64,000 bases of DNA from Octopus sinensis (GCF_006345805.1 NC_042998.1:65906001-65970000); one strand, 5' to 3'. Shown: positions 12,398-25,659, counted from the first letter of the stretch. Made by a program: numbers and translations. Notes: generated by a model from the letters alone, not told the origin.

Positions 12398-12931
12398 TAA
12401 GGCGGTGAGCGGGCGAAAAACTTAACGTATTTCATATGTCTTTGTGTTCTGAGCTCCTACTCCGCCGAGGTCGACTTTGCCTTTCATGCTTTCGTGGTCG
12501 CTTAAATAAGTACTAGTTACGGACTGGGGTCAATATAATCGACTTAATTCGTTTGTCTGGCCTTGTTTGGACTCACTGTGTTTAGACCCTTGTGGGTAGT
12601 AAAGAAATAGGTATTTGATCTGTCTTTACGTTCTAAGTTCAAATTCCGCCGAAGTGGGCTTTGCCTTTCATCCTTTCGGGGTCAATAAATTAAGTACCAG
12701 TCGCGTATTGGGTTCGATCCAAGGCGACGAGCTGGCAGAAATGTTAGCACGCTGGGCGAAATGCTTAACGGTATTATGTCTGTTTGCGTTCTGTGCTCAT
12801 ACTCTGCCGTGGTCGACTGTGCCTTTCATGATTTTGTGGTCGATAAATCAAGTACCAGTTGCGTACTGGGGTCGATTTAATCGACTGAGCCCCTCCCTTA
12901 AGATTTCAGGGTTGTGCCTTGAGTAGAAAAG
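12398..12931 (+). mobile_element. Three-unit SINE-C composite within one 16-bp TSD
   Basis: AATACATAGATGTAGC at 12382-12397 and 12932-12947. Three copies of the GTCGACTTTGCCTTTCAT body. Confidence 0.88.
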
Positions 12932-14915
12932 AATACATAGATGTAGCGTGATATGAAATATACAGAGTATCAACATTTTAATTTTCGTAATTTGGCGTAA
13001 ATGATGAAATGCCTGTTTATTGCATTGTGTATTTAGAATTCCTGAAATATTTTAAAATCAAATTTTGTGTAAATCGAATCAGAATTTGAAATAAATTTAG
13101 GTGTTTCTTAAATGTTTGTATATGAACGCATGACGAAATGCTTTGTATCTCACATATTCTTTCATTGAGCGTATTCTTCAACTCGGCTGCAAAACAAAAA
13201 AAAAAAAAAAAAAGAAACCATACATCTATTTCAAGGAAGTTAAGTTCAAAATCAGAAGCAGAAACGAAAGAGATTTGTGCTGGGAAGTATTAAATAATAT
13301 AAAAATGAATACAATATAACAAAAGGATTTCTAATTTAGGCAGCTAGTCAGAAATTGTGATGGGTGTCGGTCAGCCATTAACATCGCCTCCAGTATTTGA
13401 GTACTGTGAGAATTCATCAACGCGCATGAATTCGTTGGGGATTACATCGGCCAATAATATATCCCATTCGAATGAAGTACCGAGTGTATACGGTGTTTAT
13501 AAACCTACACTCTACACGACCATGAACATCATTAGAAATCTAACGTGTAATTTTGTCTAGTTACAGCAGGAAATATGATCATATTTACTGGTGTACGTAT
13601 CAAAATACTGGATAACCCTTTTCTACAGGTGATTTTATATGCAAATCACTACCGCTTTTCAAATATATATGAGGTTTATGAACATAAGATTGATGTTTAC
13701 AACTTGTTATGTTAAAATAAATCTCATATGAATAGTTGAATATTTTTTTCGACCAAACAAATATCAAAATCGTATGGTAAATTCAAGGTGGTATCTCATA
13801 TATTACTTGTAAATTGTAATTAATTTCTTTATGTATGCAAAGTCTGACTTTTGTGAAATTCAACTGATACATAGAATTCCATCAATCACAGAAATATCCA
13901 CATGAGAGAAGCCAAAACGTTGAATATTGGTCAATTTCAGTCTCCCAGTCAGGAATAGAATTTTATTTATTTATACTCGTCCAGAAAATGCATAACATTT
14001 GTTATATTAACGTCATTTAAAAGAGAACAGCATTATAAACAACGATATATAGTTTCCAATAAAATCGAGTCAATAGTCATAGCATTGCCTTGTTTTAAAA
14101 ACAAAATAACACCTTCAAAAACCATGAAGCAGTGAAAGTTTGCCAACAGAAATGTAGAAAGCACACAACATATATTTTACGCAGTGAAAATCATGCAGTT
14201 CATTACGCAGTAGTGAATAATGTATCGGATATATGAGCAATTCACAGTGAAACGATAATTTTGAGAAAAAATATGGTGAAAGAAAACTATTTCCTAAAGA
14301 TTGCTTTAGTTATACTTTTATTATACTGAACATGAATTTTAAAAAATGGATCTACAATATCGAAACATTGCGAGACTGGTTATTCATATGACTCATGCAG
14401 GGCAAATTATCTAAATATTTAATTAGAATATGTGTAACTTACGCAAAGCTAGGACATTATAAAATGATTTACAGATAATTCTCCATTTAAAACCTACCAG
14501 TTTTGTGGATATACAGCGTAGATTAGACTAGAGGTAAAATGTGTATAGTAACCATTTAATATATTTCTATTGAATCCTGATACTGTTTTAGATCAATTTA
14601 ATCTCACTTGAATCGTGCACGTGTGTGTGTGTGTATGTGTGTGTGCGTGTGTGTGTGCAAACACTATATCCTGTTGCGTAGTCATGACTTCTAAACAGAA
14701 AATAATGACTACTGTGCATTCAGAACAGCGTGTAGTCGAGTGATAGCGTATCTGATCATATTCGATACATTCTGGCAGTTACAAATATGAATAGCTGATC
14801 TGTTACGGGAGAACATCTTTCTTTAAGCATATATTATTATATATGCAGTACCGTTGAAGAAAGTATTTTTTAAAAATACATAGAGTTTAACATTCTTTAA
14901 TTGTTATTTATAATA

Positions 14916-15380
14916 CGAAGTTGAGTAAAGAAGTAATGCCATTTTTTGTAGGACAAGTATAATTCCCAACGCAGGACATGTATCATACATCAAAATGAAG
15001 CTCGTTCTCTGTAGATCACATTTCTACTTCTCAACATAGTCAGCGTTTCTATCAATAGCAATATTCCATCTTCGAATGAGCACATGTATCTCTGCCCCGT
15101 AAAATTCTGTTGAATGTTATTTGAGCCATCTCTTCACTTCAAAGTCAATTTGACAACACCTTTTTTCGAAGGCACGTAACAAGTGATGAAATATAGGTTT
15201 ATCAACATGAACCATATTCAATGAGTCTGTCAATGGAACGGCGTCACTATACGTCACCAACACCGAAAAAGTTCAAGACGCAAAAGTCAGCAGGAAAATC
15301 ATGGCGACTGTCTTTTGGGATGCTCATGGTGTCATTCTGGTCGATTTCTTGCCAAAAAAAGAAACAATAAACTCATAATA
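14916..15380. mobile_element. mariner transposase fossil, rearranged
   Basis: Plus 15185-15378 reads KKFKTQKSAGKIMATVFWDAHG. Minus 15180-15024 reads RRWNIAIDRNADYVEK*. TA plus a TIR-like end at 14914-14930. Confidence 0.85.
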
Positions 15381-17328
15381 GGCTTAATTTTGATGTATGA
15401 TACATAATCCTGTGTTGGTAATTACACATGTTCTAAAGAAAACGGCGTTACTTTTTCACTCTCCCTCGTTCCTTGCATTATAAGAATTACTTTTCAATGC
15501 GCCTTCTTACTGTTCACCTGAGATATTTCAATACTACATGGGAATAATCTCAGAATTATACTCCTCTTTTACATATGCATTAAAATGATAAGCGGCTGAA
15601 GTAGCAAACAGTGGTTTTAGCCTTTTTAAAATAGATTACAATAAACAAGTTGACTCTTTGAGATGCAATAAGATAAATATGAAAGAAATAGAACAAGGAA
15701 TTATATTCCTTCGCGATGTTAGTAGAGAGGCTCACACAGAATTAACTGATTGAACGTGTAACAAATATGAAAGATATTTCACTTGATTGCATAAACAGAT
15801 TTTCAGGACATATACATAAAAAACGCTTTTAACGAAAAAGGAAAAACAATCAATTTCAAAGAAGAGTTTCAGTAAGATACTGAAAAAAAAACCCAAAACA
15901 ACTAAGGTGCGCAGCTCGACCATACATAGATGTTTTTAAAAAGTGTCAGCAAAGGGACACCGAGGAATAATGAGCTCTATGCGACCAAGCCGCTTTACTT
16001 TGCAAAATGTTATGGGCTAATACACTTGCATGAGCAGGTTTCTTGTCAGAGAACCTCCTGTTGTTCAGTTACATTAAGAGTGTCTTGTCACTACAATGCA
16101 ATAAGTTCTATACTCAACTGAATTTGGCAATCTACCGCTTTTTTTTTTACATCATTTTATTAATTTTAAAATATCTCATTTCTTCCTTACATTTCTACAC
16201 CAAAACACAATACATATTACTGCAGAAATGAGTTAGAAGTTATATTCCATTAAGCATTCATTGAAACATTTATGCAATACTGCAAGATATAACGATATGA
16301 TGTAAAAACACAATCACGTGCGCCATCCCTCAGTAGGATAGGTATTACAGCCGCTTCATTAAGAGATAGTGCGATGCTGCTAAATTTAATGGAAGATAAT
16401 TTGATAGTATAATTTGCATATATAATATGCATAGTCCTCGCAATATTCTTCATTATGAACATTGTTCTTGATACCAAAAAAATTCTGCTACAATAGGGAA
16501 CTGAAATGATGACAGGTTATGTTCTGAAATATGGTAATGACCATGATGAAAATGCCGATAATAATTTTTACTGCTGATTATGATAATGATAGTGATGATT
16601 GTTATAATAATGAAATAATGAAAATGATTATGCAAATGAAGCTAGTAACTTGGGTGAATGATAATAATTATAAAGATAATAATGAAACTAACACGTTAAT
16701 AATAACATAACCCACGATATTTGTTAAAAATATTTTACTGTATTTTTTTTTCATTTTTATTGGAAACAATTACGAAATCCTTGAAAAAATAAATATTACA
16801 TATGAACAAAATGCAGTTAATATCCTTTCTACAAAATCCCAAACTCAATCTCTGGCGTTTACAACAAATGCAATTAATTATGGATTCAATAATACGTGAA
16901 TTTAATCCAAGGACATATTATTTTTATTAGCTATATATTAACTGAGGAACATCGTGAGCAAAGAATATAATACGAAGAAAAATGTATAAATTTTGATAGA
17001 ATTGAAAATGATGATGACCAACAGGATAATTTTTTGATGAAACTGCAGATGCATGTGCCGTATCACTAATTTATAATTCAGTAAAACTGATCGGCAATAT
17101 TCTCCAAAATTCTACAGAGAGATTATGTTGAATTATACAATTCATTGGTGCTGTTAAAATGCTCAAAAAAATGTTTGATAACGGATGAATGCCTTGCAAA
17201 AGGGAAAGATTCCTTTCATCTCTGTCGACGCACATGTTCCAAAATTCATCACAATTCTCTCCCAGGCACGCAAAATCCTTCTCGTTCTGTTTCTCACTCT
17301 CTGTTTTTGTATATGCAAAGACACGCGA

Positions 17329-17377
<49 letters not shown>

Positions 17378-17831
17378 AATACGGATACACACACATACAA
17401 AGATAGATAGATACATACATACACAGAGATAGGCAGAAAGACAGACAGAGAGACAAGGATAGAGGAGATGTGCATTGATATTATTTATATATTTATATTG
17501 TTCATTTCAATAGATGTAATGTATGTGAATAACCGAATTTATTTTCAATTAACGCTCCAAATATTTTGAGATAGTATATAGTATCGTATGTAGTGATCTA
17601 ATGCTAAATACAAGAATTCAGTAAAGGTACTGAATTATTATATCAAATATTTCCAAATGGAAAACAGCAAACACATTAAATTTTGTGGCTTTATATATAT
17701 ATATCTGTAACTTCAAGCTGCTATTGGCTTCATGCTAAGAAATGTAGGAAAATATCCTAGTGCCTTAACAATTGTTAAGGCACTTAATTCACAAATACAG
17801 TAATTATATATCCGCCAATGCCGTGTTGAGC

Positions 17832-17894
<63 letters not shown>

Positions 17895-18639
17895 AGAGAT
17901 AGAAGTCCCCATGCAATTCATCAAATCCTAACATACATGGCGCCATTTTATTTTAATGCTTACTAATTCAGTTCCAAATTTCTCTTCTACACGTGTTTCA
18001 TGAGGTGCGTTTAACGTTCCCAGTCTTTTTCAGAAACACGTCTTAACTGCAATCCCAATCATCAGGACTATTTGTCTTTATAATTCAATAACAATTGCTA
18101 TATTTTAATATTTTAACAGTTACGTATGTAACTAACAAACAAATATACGTGTGTGCAAATAAATTCGCCGAAACTTGTCGTGCAAACCATAATTTAATTG
18201 AATACAATTAAAAATTACAAACTAAAATTCAAACGTGACTTATGCCTATAAATATACATATAAATTAATGATATGTAGGAGTGAAGAAAATTATAATATA
18301 ATAATGAAAAGAATGTATAATAGTGATGATATAATAATGAAAAGAATATATAATATAGTGATGATAAAATAAGCAGTTCAAAGAAATATATATTCGAATA
18401 AAACCATAGATAAAAGTGGACGTAAACAAATACGAATGAATGACAAAATGCAAAAAAAACATATAAAAAGATATATAACGAAATCTACGGAGAAAAAATT
18501 TACAAATGATAAAATATAATTATCATAAATTACAAAGTAAAATTTAGAACGTAATAATAACGTAAAAATAACGTAAAAAATATCGTAAAACATATGTCGT
18601 AAAAAATATCGTAAAAAATATGTATGTTCAGTCTACCGT

Positions 18640-19860
18640 TGTATAACGTGGTCATAATACGAGCTAAGTTCAACTTAACGTCGCAAGGCTCAGCGAAAAT
18701 AGATAATATGTTAGTGAATGTCATCATAATCCTTGCCCTCAGTTCATAATTGGTGTTAGGAGTTTCGCTGGACACTCGCTCAACTGCTTTAAGCATAATT
18801 ATCGAGAGAGTTGCAGTCTGGGGAGTCAGATGGCTAGATGTTAGGGTTGAGTTGGTCGCAGAAACTGTCCGATGGCCATGACTATGCCCTCCTACTTGTG
18901 TGATATGATGCAGAGTCTTGTTGCCAGACATAGAGTCTTCCAGCAGCCATTCACTTGAGTCGGAGCAGCACTACATCCTCGAAGCACTTGATGTAGGACT
19001 CCGTGTTGGGTCTGAGGCAACATGGGAAAATGAATGGCGTCATAACATCACCATAAATAGTGATCATTCCAAACACAATGATGTTGACTTGGTATTTGAT
19101 TTTTATCACTCTCGGTACCTGTTTTAGGAACACGGCAAGTCAATGGTTGTTCTGAATGTTCACCATCTTGTCATGGCAGAACTGTTTCTCGTCGCAGAAA
19201 AACCAAAGCATGTTCGGTTGGAGGGGATTGAGTGTTTTCAAAAGTTTTGTTGCGAGGTGTTTCCGCTTGCTCTTGATGGTTTGGGATAGAAATTGGTACT
19301 TTCTCATCCTGTATGAGGAATATCGAATGTCATTTCACTCCAATGTGGTAGGCGATGGACCTGATTGACGTGGAGGCAATCGTTGTTACACATGGCTTGG
19401 ATCTCACAAGCAAATTCAGGAGTTCTTTTCTTATCAGAACGATCAGAGTGGGCTTTACGAGCTTCTGTATCTTCATAATCACCATTAGACTTGTCCAACT
19501 CATTCTAAATCCCCTGCACTGTCCTTAGATTGCTACCCAAATACTCGGACATGTTCGTTTTGCTTCTTCGGATGCGAATGCCAAGCAGTACGGCATGTCC
19601 TTTCCAAATTTGAGGCAGAGAGTGGCATGAGCGGCTCAAGTCAGCGCTTGAAGGAAAATGACCATCTTTGGATTCAAAATGAAAGGTGTTCTTCCATCAG
19701 GATAATGCTCGCCTACATACAGCGAAGATGGCATTCCAAAGGCTGGAGTAGTTTGAATGAGAAACGTTGCCCCACCGGTCATATTCACCGGACATTGCCC
19801 CATCTCATTATCAGTTATTCAGCAGTCTTCAAAATCTTTGTCAGTATATATATATACGAT
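18640..19860 (-). mobile_element. IS630-Tc1-mariner (maT/DD37D-like) transposon fossil
   Basis: RSDKKRTPEF, WFFCDEKQF, QQDSASYHTS and SPDCNSLD in order, with many stops. Subfamily assignment is tentative. Confidence 0.8.
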
Positions 19861-20726
19861 GTTAGTATAAAAAATTTACATAATAAATATTAATATTATT
19901 CTTATCATTAATAATATATAAATAACAATAATAATATAAATGGCCAGCACTAAAGGTAATAAAAGGGGAAGTCCATACATTTTATAATTAATTGGTAATT
20001 ATAATTGAGGGTACAAGATATTATTATTATTATATATTCATTATTGATAGTATATATGTATTTAGATATAGGTGTGCATGTATATATGTGGTATATATAT
20101 CTATATAGATACCGTATATATACGAACATATACACATATATGTACATATACACAAACACAGGAACACAGGCACACAGGCGCACGCGCACACAAAGCCGTG
20201 CATACACACACACAGAAATGTTTCTCTATCAATGATACGCTCCTTTATGGAGTCGTCAGAAACAAATTCACTTTATATATATATATAAAGTCGCATTATG
20301 TTTCACATAATCTGATGTAATGCATCTCTTTTGAAACTGAGGCCTAGAACTTCGCTATAATCATGATTCAAAGCCTGTTGGGTATCACACAAATATATCG
20401 TTTCCCAGCAATTAATAGAGTCATTTAGAAACATAACTGACGAAATCAAATTTAATAATCTATATTATGCAGGTAGTTGATATTTTAATAAGTTTATATA
20501 AGGTAAACATAAATATTTGAAAATAGAGGTACCGCACAGATATTTTCTCTCGTGTGGTTATCTTTCATTACACATGCATGTTTTCATTATTTAGATTGCC
20601 ATTAGTTGGTTTTCAGACAAAATTCATTTAGCAGTGTTTCTTATTTACACGCACTGATACATACATAACCTCAGACAAAATAACACACACACAAACAAAC
20701 AAACATACACCGTTATTCATAGATAT

Positions 20727-20765
20727 ATAGGTGCAGGTGTGGTTGTGTGGTAAAATGTTTGCTTC
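20727..20765 (+). mobile_element. SINE-B 5' head (left half of a split SINE)
   Basis: ATAGGTGCAGGTGTGGTTGTGTGGTAAAATGTTTGCTTC versus ATAGGCGCAGGAGTGGCTGTGTGGTAAGTAGCTTGCT at 32817-32781 minus. Confidence 0.75.
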
Positions 20766-22881
20766 AGGTTCCGGTTGTCCAGATTTCTTCATTCACCTGT
20801 AGAAGTCGCCACGTTAATTTGCAGCGGGCGACAGTTGTTACTGAAAGAGGTTCTACTGTAAGGTAAGGGGTTTTGCTTTTGGGGTCCAGAGGGGGTTCGT
20901 TGATTGTGAAATTTATTTTTTGTACAAGCAAGGATTCTGGGCTTTGGTCTGCCTGCCGTAGAGCATTTTATTTTCCTCACTTAATTGTGAGAATTATTGA
21001 TTGTGTGTGTATCCTGCCTCCAAAATTATTTTGAGAATAGTGTTGTTCTGAATTAAATTGTTTCTGTTGAAGAATAACTTTGTGAAATATTTTTGAATAA
21101 TTTTTCAACAACTGCGAGAAGCTGTGTTCCAGTTTCAAATGAAGGTCGGGAGTACTGTGTGGCCTTAGGATTTTTTTCCTGTGTATTGAACTGTTGATCT
21201 CTTCTTCTATCTTTCATTTTGGAACCCTTTATTGAACTGTTTATTTTTCTTATCTTCTTCCTATCTGTTGGAACTTTCTCTTTCTTTTTCTCTCTAATTA
21301 TTTGAATTTTGTGAACTGTCTTTTTCTATAATTTAGCATGGCGAAGAACAATGAAAGGGTTCTGGGGTGGGAGATTACACCAGCCCATAAATGGTTGGAA
21401 GAATTTGAAGAGAAGAAGGTGATGTTGACGACTTACTCCAAGTCCATCGACAACATCGCTGTCTTCGAAAAAAATTTAATAGAAAAAGAATTGGAAAAAT
21501 ATATGCCAACTATTAAATATATATGTCGAGGAGTCAAACATCTAACGGTGTGGTTGCTCTTTGACACCTCTGAAGAGGCTCGTAAATTCCCCCGAGCACA
21601 GAGAAATTTTGTTTCTTCCCACTAATTGTGGGAAGAAGTTGACGAGGGGTTGGGTCTGTGGTCTGCCACCCAGAATTGGGTCCGGGGTGTGGATGGCTGT
21701 AGTACTTCAATGTAAATATCTTGCCTGCGGCTGATTGGAAAGTGTCAAAAGCTGTTTTAACCCAATGGACACAATCAGCCGAAAATCTGGTATTTCAAGA
21801 TTTTTTTAAATGGTCGGGTCTAGGTATTCGGTGATGCTTGAGGGGCGACACACCAAGTGTCACCTGTGCCTGGAACCGGGCCATATGAAAAAGAACTGTG
21901 CCTAGAACCGGCCCACATTAAAAGAAACTTGAGCAGTTGAAAAAGATACCGCTCACTGCTCCCACACTGGAGGGAGAGAAGAAGGAAATCGAGGAGGTGA
22001 AAACCTCCCCGGAAGAAGGTAAAAAATGAAAGGTGGGCAACAATGGTTGCCTACCGAATGAACTGAAGGCTGCGGGAGGACGGGAAGATCTGCTGAAAAG
22101 AGCGGAGGAACACCACCCTCCCATGACTCATGGGAAAAAGCAAAAAAAGAAAGAAAACGGGACATTGCAGGCTGTTTCTGATACACTGCCGGCGTGTCCC
22201 GAAGTAACTTCAGTGAGAGGTGTGCCACCGAAGCATCTAGAAACTGTAGATTCCTCCCATGCTATGGAGGAGGAGTTAGTGGTCCTCTTCCGTAAGGGAG
22301 AGACAATAGAAAATTTCATTAAGAAGTTTAAAAGGGAGGGCCGAAGTGGGATGGATTCTGTCCTGCACGGGGGACCCTGTCTGGCCTTCGCAGGTGGCTG
22401 CAAAGGTCATATGGGAAACGGATCTGTGTAGGATAATGAACTCCTTCTCAGAGGACACTTTTCATATTGCATTAAAGCGGCCCGACTTGACACTGACTAA
22501 GTGTTTGACCAAGTCGAAAAGTCTAGTCGGGCAGGAAGAGTTGTAAATGCTGAATGTAAGAGGCTTGGTGCCTCATTTTTGTTGTTTTACTTAAGTTGTA
22601 TTGACTTGTGCAAGAGGCTGATTGCCTCTTAGTGGACTTTGTGTTGTTAATGTAAGAGATTGATTGCCTCATTAATGTTTTGCTTTGAAATGTGTAAGAG
22701 CTGTGTCGCCTCAAATATGGTATTATAAAGAACAATGTGCTCGGGTAAACAGCAATCGGAGGACGTTGCTGTTGCCCTCTTTATTATTATGTCGTTTATC
22801 TTTTCATTTCATTATGTCTTTGTCCAGCCCGCATCTTCCTTTGTTTGTAAGGCCTTTGTGGCCAATCTAATGAAAAAAGAA
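20766..22881 (+). mobile_element. Tx1-related ORF1-only element of about 2.1 kb
   Basis: Disrupted ORF1 is homologous to ORF1 of 27322-32777. No EN or RT motifs. A-rich 3' end joins the remainder of SINE-B. Confidence 0.75.
21338..22431 (+). pseudogene. ORF1 (gag-like) with CCHC zinc knuckle; frameshifts and stops
   Basis: FEKNLIEKEL...IKYICRG...FDTSEEAR, and CHLCLEPGHMKKNC (CX2CX4HX4C) at 21858-21899. Confidence 0.75.
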
Positions 22882-22882
22882 A

Positions 22883-23160
22883 TTGCTTCCAAACAACGTG
22901 ATTCTCGCTTCGGTACCACTGCACGAGACTTTCAGCGAATATCATCTTCGGGATGACAACAGCCTTGAGAATGGATTTGTTACTGGAAACAAAACAAAGA
23001 CCTTCTTTTGGGGTATGTATACATACATATGTGTGTGCGTGTCATCGTCTTGGCATGTGTCACTCACCATCGCTTGACAATTAGTGTGGTGTTTTTACGT
23101 CCCTGTAAATTGCAAAAGAGATCGGTTTGGCAAAAGAGATCGATTGTATAAGTACCAGGT
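22883..23160 (+). mobile_element. SINE-B remainder (right half of the split SINE)
   Basis: TTGCTTCCAAACAACGTGATTCTCGCTTCGGTACCACTGC...GCCTTGAGAATGGATTTG...GGAAAC continues the SINE-B consensus. Confidence 0.75.
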
Positions 23161-23164
23161 ATAA

Positions 23165-23495
23165 CGAAAATATAAGCAAGCAACATCCAGTCCTCTGTAC
23201 TAGCTAAGTACCTGTTGGATGCTATTGTATAGGTCTTATAGCACAGTTCTACCTGCATTATCCCTCTTCCCCCATTACTTCTAGGTAGGTACAGACGATC
23301 AACGTCTGCTTTTGGGTGGTGCATTTTCTGATATGTTAGTAGTTTACCTGTCTTCCTCTCCAGGTTTTGGAATTCTGTATGATCGCAGTTAATGATGTTA
23401 AAACTGTTTTGGACTACTTGAAGTATCAGGGCGTTAATGGTTTCGATGCTATTTTTGGAGTTGAGGCCATTAATTTTGTCTTCGTAACACATTGA
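23165..23495 (-). mobile_element. R4/Dong-like LINE fragment (post-RT region)
   Basis: MHHPKADVDRLYLPRSNGGRG. Confidence 0.8.
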
Positions 23496-23519
23496 ATGAA
23501 AAATGCATATGAGTCGTCT

Positions 23520-24690
23520 GTGAAATCGTCGTCTGTGAAATCACAATGAGGGGCTCAGGTAGATAATACATTCTTTACTATAGGCACTGTGCCCAATACC
23601 TCTGCTTTTTCCACAACATCAAACGTGTATGTGATTTCCACTTGCCTTAAGAAGGTTTAAAGTTTCAATGGGATTGAGCCCAACACTCCGATCACCACTA
23701 GTATCACTTTTACATTACTCTCTCGCATTGCATACAGTCAGTTCGGAGGACTTATTGATTCAACCTCTTTACTCACAACATTCATGTCATTTGGTATGGC
23801 TACATCAGTGATCTGACAGGATTTTTCTCTCTTATACAATATGACAATATCCGACCGACAGTATTCGATTACACGATCCGTCTGAAAATCATAGTCACAG
23901 AGTATAGCTACTTTTCCTTCCTCCTGCATATCTTTACTTGTTATATGATCCAGCTCTTTGTTACATCATATTGGTATTTGCGACATAAGAGCCAATGAAT
24001 ACGCACACACAATTTATCGTGGCGGCGCGTATATTCTTTGTGTGAAAGGCTCTCACATTCACTTACCAAGTGGGTCGCATTTTCCACACTCTTTCCACAG
24101 AGTTTGCATTTCTGAGTGTCAGATGTTTTATAGATACCATACTTCACTGTGGCGAGAGACTGGTCTTGTGCTGCAATCTTCAGACTTTCTCTCTATCCAT
24201 GCTCAGGATGCTGTATTATCCTTAATGTCTGTGTATTCCTTTCAAACTGTCCATGCAATCTCATTTCAAAATGGTATTCTTTTCTCTTCTCCACAGCCCT
24301 CTGGGAAAACTCATCCTTGCCCATCATATCATCAACATTTACACATCTTTCGCGGCATATTGCAGCAGGTCTTCAGTATTTATCAAATACTCGGCAAGCT
24401 TTCTCCTTCTACTCCTTATACAATGGTCCGTACTAATTAGTCCTCTGCCACTATTCTTTCTTTTCATATATATAGTAAGTTTACGTTTGCTTAAAAGTGT
24501 AGCGCCTTATGCAGTGTCATCATCTTTCTCGTCCTTCTACCCAGTGTTGATATTTCCTCCTCAGTCCATTTGAAAGGAACGCATTATATCTCACCACCGC
24601 AACGGCGCAGACATTCATTGCGACGAAGAAATCTTTGGTATCGAGGTTGGATTTCAACACCATTTCACCCTGATTTGATACGCCTCGCTG
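23520..24690 (-). mobile_element. R4/Dong-like LINE 3' part with CCHC and restriction-like endonuclease
   Basis: CKLCGKSVENATHLVSEC, RRHDKLCVRIHW, QTDRVIEYCRSDIV and DVAIP. Confidence 0.82.
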
Positions 24691-24784
24691 ACCATTTATT
24701 ATTATTATTATTATCATCATTATTATTATTGTTGTTGTTGCTGTTTTTGTTGTTGTTGTTGTTGCTATTGCCTTTGCACAGCCT

Positions 24785-25445
24785 CTAACGCTGGAGATGT
24801 TACAGTGTCAGCTATTCACTACCAGTGAACTATGGTAACACCTCTTATTTTTCGAGCCCCTTCTGGAGTATTCGAGCGGTTTTTTTTCTGCAAGAGCTAC
24901 ACCCTTATTTGTTCCACTTATTTCTGGAGAATTTTCCTCACTGTTCCCAAGGCTCCGACAATAATTGGTACTATTGCTATCTTTTTCATCGACCAAAACT
25001 GCTTAACTTCCCAAGCTAACCGGTCATATCTCTCGAGATCTCTTTCTTCCTTATCGCATACCTTGTTGTCAGCTGGGTATGCTATATCTATGATCCAGCA
25101 TAGTTTCTTTTCTTTATCAATTAAGACTATATCTGGCTTCCTATTCCCTAATTCATCATAAAATCCGATAGGATCTTTGTATTTCCATCTCCGACGATAC
25201 CTTCAGGTTTGTGGTCGTACCAATTTTTTCCTCTGTCAAGACCAGTGTCTCTTATATTCCTTCTGGGATAGTGTCGTACATTGGCTGGTAATATGCCATA
25301 CGGTTTCACCGTTTTGTCTACAGATTCTGCGTTTATCACTTCCTGCTGCGTTGTCTGTTCTGTATTTTATGTAGTTTGTTCCTAGTGCTTGCTCTTGAGC
25401 AGCACAGATTAGAGTCTCCGTTTCCGGTTTTAAATCACTCTTAAT
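24785..25445 (-). mobile_element. R4/Dong-like LINE, 5'-truncated, with 3' UTR
   Basis: DLKPETETLICAAQEQAL and ETVWHITSQC. 3' UTR is homologous to 58140-58225 and is followed by an (AAC/AAT)n tail. Confidence 0.85.
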
Positions 25446-25489
25446 CATCCACAGCCATCATTTTCTCTGTCTGTTTTATCTGTCTGGGT

Positions 25490-25492
25490 GTC

Positions 25493-25540
<48 letters not shown>

Positions 25541-25575
25541 TAACATTATTATTATTACATACGCACCTTCCCCAC

Positions 25576-25643
<68 letters not shown>

Positions 25644-25655
25644 CATACATACATA
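25490..25655. repeat. (ATT)n then (TA)n microsatellites
   Basis: Read directly from the sequence. Confidence 0.95.
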
Positions 25656-25659
25656 TACC

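Noticed and set aside
13340-13560. GC-richer island that could be an exon
   Set aside because: No recognisable product, and all frames following the candidate acceptor hit stops.
18550-18625. Short CGTAAAAAATAT-type tandem repeat that could be read as a CRISPR-like array
   Set aside because: No unique spacers and a eukaryotic context; it is an ordinary minisatellite.
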